Positions 56,678 through 62,240 of a stretch of 62,240 nt of DNA are shown piece after piece. Origin of the DNA: a virus (lineage: Duplodnaviria > Caudoviricetes); IMG/VR virus record IMGVR_UViG_3300025120_000045, positions 1 through 62,240 of that record. The stretch is one strand, 5' to 3'. Both the position numbers and the translations under genes were made by a program. Position 1 is the stretch's first letter. Each line of letters starts with the position of its first letter. Under the pieces are notes generated by a model, which was not told the DNA's origin, did no database searches, and saw only the letters and a program-made list of their open reading frames with translations.

Positions 56678-58100
56678 TACTTTGATAATTGAACAAGTTA
56701 ATGAAGTACACAGTAAAGTTATTGCAGAAAATTCAATTAAACAAGAGTTAGTAGAGTTCTTTACATTTGAAGTTCCAGGTGCTAAATTTATGCCTGCTTA
56801 TAGAAGTAGATATTGGGATGGTAAAGTAAGGTTATATAATAGTCAAACAAAATTAATTTATAAAGGATTGGTTGAATATTGTATTAAGTTTGCTGAAGAA
56901 AGAGGATATAAAGTAAAGAAAAAATATAAAGAATCTAAAGTAGATATCCCTTCAGATGAACCAGATTATAATTTACCTATAAAACCAAGACCATATCAAA
57001 TAAGCACCTTTAAACAGTGTATAACGACCCATAGACAACTTGTTCTGTCTCCTACAGCTAGTGGTAAGAGTTTAGTAATTTATATGTTGACTCAGCATTA
57101 TAAACAGTCTAAAGTATTAGTTGTAGTACCAACAACAAGTTTAGTATATCAAATGAAAAGTGATTTTGAAAGTTATAACTGTAAGGAAAACATTCATGTA
57201 ATAATGAGTGGTCAAGAAAAACATACAGAAGATAGAATTGTAATAAGTACATGGCAATCAATATATAATATGCCGAACAAATACTTTGATCAGTTTGATG
57301 TTATTATTGGTGATGAAGCTCATTTATATAAAGCAAAAAGTTTAACCAAGATAATGGAAAAGTTGAAAGATACAAAATATAGATTTGGTTTTACTGGAAC
57401 CTTAGATGGATCCCAAACACATAAGTTAGTATTGGAAGGATTATTTGGTCCTGTCTATCAACCTGTAACAACTAAAAAATTAATTGATGATAAGTACTTG
57501 GCTGACTTTGCAATTAAATGTATCACATTACAATATGAAGAAGCTATTTGTAAAATGGTTAAAGATATGAAGTATCAAGATGAGATGGATTTTATACTTA
57601 ATTATGAACCAAGAAATAAATTTATTAGTAAACTATGTAGTGCCCAAGAAGGTAATACATTATTGCTCTTCAATATAATTAATCATGGTAAAATATTACA
57701 TGATATGATTCAACAACAAATTAACACTAACCGCAAAATATTTTTTGTATATGGAGGAACTGATGCCGAAACTAGAGAACAAATTAGAGCAATCGCAGAG
57801 ACTGAAGATAATTCAATTATTGTTGCAAGTTTTGGGACTTTTAGCACAGGTATTAACATCCGTAATCTCCACAATATCATCTTTGCTTCGCCATCTAAGT
57901 CAAAAATTAGGAATCTCCAAAGTATCGGAAGAGGGCTCCGCAAAGGAGACAAAAAAGAAAAAGCAAGATTAATAGATATATCAGATGACTTGAGATACAA
58001 GAGTCATGTAAACTATACTTTAAAACATTTTTCTGAAAGAATAAAGATCTACAATTCAGAGAAGTTTGATTATAAACTTTACAAGATGGGGATCAAATGA
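56631..58100 (+). CDS. uvsW: DNA helicase UvsW
   Basis: PR.YQ, SPTASGKS, TWQS, DEAH, G.TGTL, FSTGINI, LQSIGRGLR. The true start may be GTG 56667. Confidence 0.96.
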   Translation: MQQLIGVDLHNLVEGDTLIIEQVNEVHSKVIAENSIKQELVEFFTFEVPGAKFMPAYRSRYWDGKVRLYNSQTKLIYKGLVEYCIKFAEERGYKVKKKYKESKVDIPSDEPDYNLPIKPRPYQISTFKQCITTHRQLVLSPTASGKSLVIYMLTQHYKQSKVLVVVPTTSLVYQMKSDFESYNCKENIHVIMSGQEKHTEDRIVISTWQSIYNMPNKYFDQFDVIIGDEAHLYKAKSLTKIMEKLKDTKYRFGFTGTLDGSQTHKLVLEGLFGPVYQPVTTKKLIDDKYLADFAIKCITLQYEEAICKMVKDMKYQDEMDFILNYEPRNKFISKLCSAQEGNTLLLFNIINHGKILHDMIQQQINTNRKIFFVYGGTDAETREQIRAIAETEDNSIIVASFGTFSTGINIRNLHNIIFASPSKSKIRNLQSIGRGLRKGDKKEKARLIDISDDLRYKSHVNYTLKHFSERIKIYNSEKFDYKLYKMGIK

Positions 58101-58600
58101 ACAAAATAATGTTAAAAAAATATCAAGTTAAATTACTCAAGCTATCAACAGCAGAAGATATTATAGCTGAAGTTGATATGCAAAGTTTAAAGACATCTGA
58201 AGTTAGAATTAAGAACCCACAAAAAATTGTTATGGTTAATAACATGACACATATGGGTATGAGTTTAGTTAAATGGTTACCATGGAACTTTGGAGAAGTT
58301 ATTCCAATCAATAAAAAACATATTGTTGCTGTTACTAATACTGCACAAATACTAATTGACTACTTCAATAAACAAAATGCGCGCATAAAAGATTATAAGG
58401 GAGGAAAGTATCCTGAAGAAGATGCATCACAAGCTATGACTGGTGAAGTACTAACTGACAAGATACATGACCAAGAGACTGAGGAACGAATAGAGAAGAC
58501 CTTTAAAGAAATTGAAGAAGATGAACAACAAAGATCAAAACTGGATGAAATTATGGATGAAGTAGGAGTAGACCCTGATGATAAGAAAACTATTCATTAG
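58097..58600 (+). CDS. Conserved hypothetical protein between uvsW and gp55
   Basis: LKL.T.EDIIA...W.P pattern, acidic tail ending TIH. Confidence 0.6.
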   Translation: MNKIMLKKYQVKLLKLSTAEDIIAEVDMQSLKTSEVRIKNPQKIVMVNNMTHMGMSLVKWLPWNFGEVIPINKKHIVAVTNTAQILIDYFNKQNARIKDYKGGKYPEEDASQAMTGEVLTDKIHDQETEERIEKTFKEIEEDEQQRSKLDEIMDEVGVDPDDKKTIH

Positions 58601-58637
58601 TCTATGTTCTACCCTCTTTCCGGCGGCTACATCAGCC

Positions 58638-58665
58638 AGTATACATTCGATTTCAATAAAGTCAA
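58638..58665 (-). promoter_or_regulatory. Antisense sigma70-like promoter upstream of gp55
   Basis: Minus strand TTGACT-N16-TATACT pointing into a GC-rich segment (58611-58637). Confidence 0.55.
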
Positions 58666-58688
58666 CAGTTAATTAAAAAAGGATTATT

Positions 58689-59228
58689 ATGGGCCGAAGA
58701 GCTAAACAACAATATGTAAATAACAAAGACTTTCTAGCCGCAATGGTACAATACAGAATAAATGTAGCTGAAGCAAAGGATAAAGAAAACGAAAGACCAA
58801 TAGTACCTACTTATGTTGGAGAATGTATAATGAAGATTGCAACTCATTTGGCAAGAAAACCAAATTTTGTGAATTATACATTTAAAGAAGAAATGATAAG
58901 TGATGGTATTGAAAACTGTCTTCAGTATATTGATAACTTTAATCCAGAGAAAAGTAAGAACCCATTTGCATATTTTACACAAATAATATATTATGCATTT
59001 CTTAGAAGAATCCAAAAAGAAAAGAAACATTTGTTTGTTAAATTTAAGATGACAGAGCAAACAAATTTATTTGGAACGACAGCTGATACTCAAGCTGGAG
59101 ATACTACCTCAAAAGGTAATTACAAAGATGAAATTAAAGTTAGTGAATGGACACAAGAGTATATGGGAACATTTATTGAAGACTTTGAAAAAAACAAACG
59201 AAGAAAAATAAAGAAAAGGAAGGTATAA
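58689..59228 (+). CDS. gp55: Late sigma factor gp55
   Basis: YVNNK.F, Y.GEC..KIA.HL...PNF.NY....EMISDGIENC, NPFAYFTQI...AFLRRI.KEK. Confidence 0.97.
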   Translation: MGRRAKQQYVNNKDFLAAMVQYRINVAEAKDKENERPIVPTYVGECIMKIATHLARKPNFVNYTFKEEMISDGIENCLQYIDNFNPEKSKNPFAYFTQIIYYAFLRRIQKEKKHLFVKFKMTEQTNLFGTTADTQAGDTTSKGNYKDEIKVSEWTQEYMGTFIEDFEKNKRRKIKKRKV

Positions 59229-59338
59229 TGGTAGATAAAGAAGGATACACTCAAAGACAATGGGACAGAGTTGTAGGTTATGGTAAGGTTCCAAAAGAAT
59301 ATGCATTACGCTCAAAGAAAGAAAAGAAAGATGTATAA
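59228..59338 (+). CDS. Small hypothetical protein (36 aa)
   Basis: MVDKEGYTQRQWDRVVGYGKVPKEYALRSKKEKKDV*; coupled to gp55 by TAATG and overlapping the glutaredoxin start. Confidence 0.55.
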   Translation: MVDKEGYTQRQWDRVVGYGKVPKEYALRSKKEKKDV

Positions 59339-59552
59339 ATTATATACAACTCCATCATGTGGATTTTGTATTATGGCTAAACAATTATTAGCTAATAATA
59401 ATCTTGAGTATGAAGAAGTATGCATACAGACAGACGAACAAGAAAAACAAAAAATTAAAGATATGGGCTTTTCAACTGTACCACAAATATGGAAAGATGG
59501 AGACCATGTTGGTGGTTATTATGAACTAAAGGAGAGTTTCAATGAGAGTTAA
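59331..59552 (+). CDS. Glutaredoxin
   Basis: CGFC active site, TVPQI, HVGGY..L; start ATG 59331 (track 59280). Confidence 0.92.
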   Translation: MYKLYTTPSCGFCIMAKQLLANNNLEYEEVCIQTDEQEKQKIKDMGFSTVPQIWKDGDHVGGYYELKESFNES

Positions 59553-59591
59553 TTTTGAACGAGGAATAGTAATTAAAACAAAGGAAGAAAT

Positions 59592-60035
59592 ATGTACGAA
59601 TATGAATGCACAATCGTCAAGGTTGTGGACGGCGATACTGTTGATGTCAACATTAACTTGGGTTTCAATACTTGGATTAATAATGAGCGTGTAAGACTAT
59701 ATGGCATTGATACACCAGAATCAAGAACAAGAGATTTAGAAGAAAAGAAATTTGGACTATATGCTAAGTCAGTAGTTGAAAAATATATACCGGTTGGATC
59801 CAAACAAGTACTTGTAACTCATTTAGATAAAGTTGGTAAGTTTGGTAGAATACTTGGAGAGTTTAAAATATATGATGGTGAAGAAGATAGACAAACAACT
59901 ATTAATGAATACATGATTAGAAAAAATATTGGAGTAGAATATAAGGGTCAATCAAAAGACGATATAGAGGATGAACATTTAAAAAATAGAGAGGTACTAT
60001 ATGAACAAGGAACATTGGAAAAAACCAAAGACTAA
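59592..60035 (+). CDS. Thermonuclease (SNase-like)
   Basis: VVDGDTVD, RLYGIDTPE, GKFGRILG. Confidence 0.88.
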   Translation: MYEYECTIVKVVDGDTVDVNINLGFNTWINNERVRLYGIDTPESRTRDLEEKKFGLYAKSVVEKYIPVGSKQVLVTHLDKVGKFGRILGEFKIYDGEEDRQTTINEYMIRKNIGVEYKGQSKDDIEDEHLKNREVLYEQGTLEKTKD

Positions 60036-60159
60036 AGAACAGACATTAGGTCAGTTTTCAGATAAACCTAAAACACCAAAAGAGATAGGTGGTCCTAAAG
60101 GACTAGAACCAACACGATATGGTGATTGGGAAAGAAAAGGAATCTGTTACGATTTCTAA
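60001..60159 (+). CDS. DUF1674 / SDHAF4 (Sdh8)-family succinate dehydrogenase assembly factor, 52 aa
   Basis: Ends KEIGGPKGLEPTRYGDWERKGICYDF*, the family signature; GAGGT RBS. Not in the ORF track. Confidence 0.88.
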   Translation: MNKEHWKKPKTKEQTLGQFSDKPKTPKEIGGPKGLEPTRYGDWERKGICYDF

Positions 60160-60200
60160 TAAATAAAACAAATTTTATATGAAAGTGATACAATCGAATA

Positions 60201-61742
60201 ATGCATATTATATTTCCTAAACTAGAAAAATATCAAAGATTAATATTAAAGAAGATGGATCGTAAAAACGAATACCATCTTCATGGTTATGCTTGGTTTA
60301 AAACATATGTAGAGTCAATTAAACAATTGGTCTTTTGGCATAATGAATTAGAATCGCCCAGTGAATTAGATACATTAATATATGAGGTAGGAATAAATGA
60401 ATATGTCTCTGATTTAAGAGATGGTATATCAATGAGTCAAACAGAAAAATTTAGATTAGATGATATAGGTTTTCAAAAGTTTGATCTAATAAGAGACTTT
60501 AAGGTTTATGATTACAATGATAAAAAAAGAAAGATAGCAAAACTTTTATCACAAGGACAAAAAGCAAGTTTTGGATATAAAGATGAATCTCTAAAGATAA
60601 TTCAAGAACAGTTTCAAAAGTTTACAGAAGAAGAAATTAAACCACAAGCTCACGAATGGCATTTAAAGAATGATCTAATTCCAGATGAAGTGTTAGATAA
60701 AATGAATGATATGGGTGTTAGTGCTATTGGTATACCAGAAAAGTATGATGGTCTGGCAATGTCAAAAGAAGCTATGTGCATTATAACAGAAGAACTATCA
60801 AGAGGATTATTAACAGCTGGTTCTATTGGAACAAGAGCTGAGATATGTGGTGAGTTAATTAATTTAGGTGGTACTGAACAACAAAAAGAAAAGTACTTAT
60901 CCAAGATAGCAAAAGGTGATTGTTTAACAGCAGCGGTATTTACTGAACCAAATACAGGAAGTGATTTAGCAAATTTAAATACAAGAGCTATCAAAGATGG
61001 TGACGATTATATTATTACAGGAAACAAAACTTGGACTACTCATGGTGTAAGAAGTGATATGTTTACAGTACTAGCAAGAACTGGTGAGCCAGGGTATAAA
61101 GGTTTAAGTATGTTCTTAGTTGATAAACCAAGAGGAACAGATCAAGACCCATTTCCTCATCCTAACATGCAAGGTAGTGAAATAGAAGTTCTTGGATATA
61201 GAGGTATGAAAGAATATGAAATAAGTTTAGATGAAGTTAGAGTTAGTAAAGATCAACTTCTTGGTGGTGTAGAAGGACAAGGTTTTAAACAATTAATGGA
61301 AACATTTGAAGGTGCAAGAATCCAAACAGCAGCAAGAGCTGTTGGTGTAGCTCAGAGTGCTTTAGATGAAGCCTTACAATATGCAATAGATAGAACGCAG
61401 TTTGATAAAAAAATTATAGAGTTTGATCGTATAGCATTCAAGATAGCTATGATGGCTGTACATATAGTTGTATCAAGAGCAATTACAATGTATAGTGCTG
61501 AAAAGAAAGACCAAGGAGTTAGATGTGATATTGAAGCAGGTATGGCAAAACTATTAGCTGCAAGAAATGCCTGGATGATATCTGATGATAGTTTACAAGT
61601 ACATGGTGGTAATGGATATGCATTAGAATATCCAATATCAAGAATCCTTTGTGATGCAAGAATTTTAAATATATTTGAAGGTGCAGCAGAAATACAAAGT
61701 CTGATAGTTGCAAAGAATATATTAAAAAATGAAGACAAGTAG
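60201..61742 (+). CDS. Acyl-CoA dehydrogenase, (2S)-methylsuccinyl-CoA dehydrogenase-like
   Basis: TAAVFTEPNTGSDL, GNKTW.TH, EIEVLGYRGMKEYE, RIQTAARAVGVA, HGGNGYALEY, IFEGAAEIQ, plus an Mcd-type N-extension HGYAW..TYVES..QL. Confidence 0.85.
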   Translation: MHIIFPKLEKYQRLILKKMDRKNEYHLHGYAWFKTYVESIKQLVFWHNELESPSELDTLIYEVGINEYVSDLRDGISMSQTEKFRLDDIGFQKFDLIRDFKVYDYNDKKRKIAKLLSQGQKASFGYKDESLKIIQEQFQKFTEEEIKPQAHEWHLKNDLIPDEVLDKMNDMGVSAIGIPEKYDGLAMSKEAMCIITEELSRGLLTAGSIGTRAEICGELINLGGTEQQKEKYLSKIAKGDCLTAAVFTEPNTGSDLANLNTRAIKDGDDYIITGNKTWTTHGVRSDMFTVLARTGEPGYKGLSMFLVDKPRGTDQDPFPHPNMQGSEIEVLGYRGMKEYEISLDEVRVSKDQLLGGVEGQGFKQLMETFEGARIQTAARAVGVAQSALDEALQYAIDRTQFDKKIIEFDRIAFKIAMMAVHIVVSRAITMYSAEKKDQGVRCDIEAGMAKLLAARNAWMISDDSLQVHGGNGYALEYPISRILCDARILNIFEGAAEIQSLIVAKNILKNEDK

Positions 61743-62037
61743 AGGAGCTAGATATGACGCTTACCATAATGGTGAAATACATTATAATGGCAAGCCTTGT
61801 AAGAATTGTGGTAACACATTAAAGTTTACATCAAACTATAGTTGTGTATTATGTGAATCAAAAAGAAAGAAAAAACTAGAATCTAAAGTATATAAATCTT
61901 GGATTAATTCTGAAAGAGGTAGAATGAATTTAGCTACATTTAAAAAAACAAATCATAAATTAATTAAAAAGTTAAACAGATTATCTGACGATCAGTTAGT
62001 ACAATTAGAAGAATATTTAGATAACTTGTTGACATAA
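61729..62037 (+). CDS. Hypothetical Zn-ribbon protein
   Basis: GKPCKNCG...SCVLC; resembles the DNA-binding modules of phage HNH proteins but has no catalytic motif. Confidence 0.55.
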   Translation: MKTSRGARYDAYHNGEIHYNGKPCKNCGNTLKFTSNYSCVLCESKRKKKLESKVYKSWINSERGRMNLATFKKTNHKLIKKLNRLSDDQLVQLEEYLDNLLT

Positions 62038-62057
62038 TTTATAAAGTATTATAGAAT
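62029..62057 (+). promoter_or_regulatory. Sigma70 promoter upstream of gp47
   Basis: TTGACA-N17-TAGAAT. Confidence 0.7.
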
Positions 62058-62080
62058 AAGAAAAACAATGGAGGAGAACT

Positions 62081-62240
62081 TTGTCAAAAATAGTTTTAAT
62101 AACAGACACACACTTTGGTTGCAGAAATGATTCTATTGCTTTTCTTGAGTATCAGTTTAAGTTTTATGATAATATTTTCTTTCCCTATCTTGAAAAGAAC
62201 AATATCAAAACGGTCATCCATCTTGGAGATATCACTGATA
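62081..62240 (+). CDS. gp47: Recombination nuclease gp47 (Mre11/SbcD-like), 5' part
   Basis: TTG start after GGAGGAG; KIVLITDTHFGCRNDS...FFPYL...IKTVIHLGD. Confidence 0.9.
   Translation, partial: MSKIVLITDTHFGCRNDSIAFLEYQFKFYDNIFFPYLEKNNIKTVIHLGDITD

Noticed and set aside
59542-59694. Small hydrophobic ORF overlapping the thermonuclease start
   Set aside because: It lies mostly in an alternative frame of a conserved gene and has no independent support.
664-61782. Many short ORFs in the track opposite or inside core genes (e.g. 32533..33036, 48650..49048, 60650..60994, 14154..14375)
   Set aside because: They are shadow frames of well-supported genes, with no RBS or recognisable motifs.
1-62240. 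Stop-codon recoding, tRNA or rRNA genes
   Set aside because: Core genes are intact in the standard code with TAA, TAG and TGA all used as stops; no cloverleaf or rRNA-like sequence was recognised in the short intergenic gaps (tRNAscan not run).

Overview
This AT-rich window is the core of a T4-like (Tevenvirinae/Kyanoviridae-like) myovirus genome, probably marine. It holds replication and late-transcription genes (gp33, gp59, gp32, uvsY, uvsW, gp55, start of gp47), an inverted block (tape-measure-like, gp51, gp26, gp54-like, gp2, gp4), the baseplate (gp48, gp53, gp27-like, gp5, gp25, gp6, gp7, gp8, VrlC/DUF4815), fibre and LamG/SPRY receptor-binding modules, and the neck/packaging/tail/head genes gp13-gp23 plus gp3. 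Many TATAAATA late promoters and several sigma70 promoters are present. The host-like genes point to an alphaproteobacterial host (inference). Main highlights: (1) a 25-aa PqqA PQQ-precursor peptide below the ORF-track cut-off, with its own structured leader and hairpin, directly upstream of iscU; (2) a VrlC/DUF4815 baseplate gene split in two, whose first half ends in a Hedgehog-like Hint autoprocessing domain and is followed by an inserted hydroxylase/SDR/GNAT cassette with its own sigma70 promoter; (3) pervasive [AS]-N-[TSV] motifs in virion proteins near three 2OG-Fe(II) oxygenases, suggesting a virion post-translational modification system; (4) an SDHAF4/DUF1674 peptide next to a (2S)-methylsuccinyl-CoA dehydrogenase-like gene; (5) a second collagen-fibre/adaptor/LamG module inside the head gene cluster. 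All family assignments come from motif recognition and synteny only; no database searches were run.
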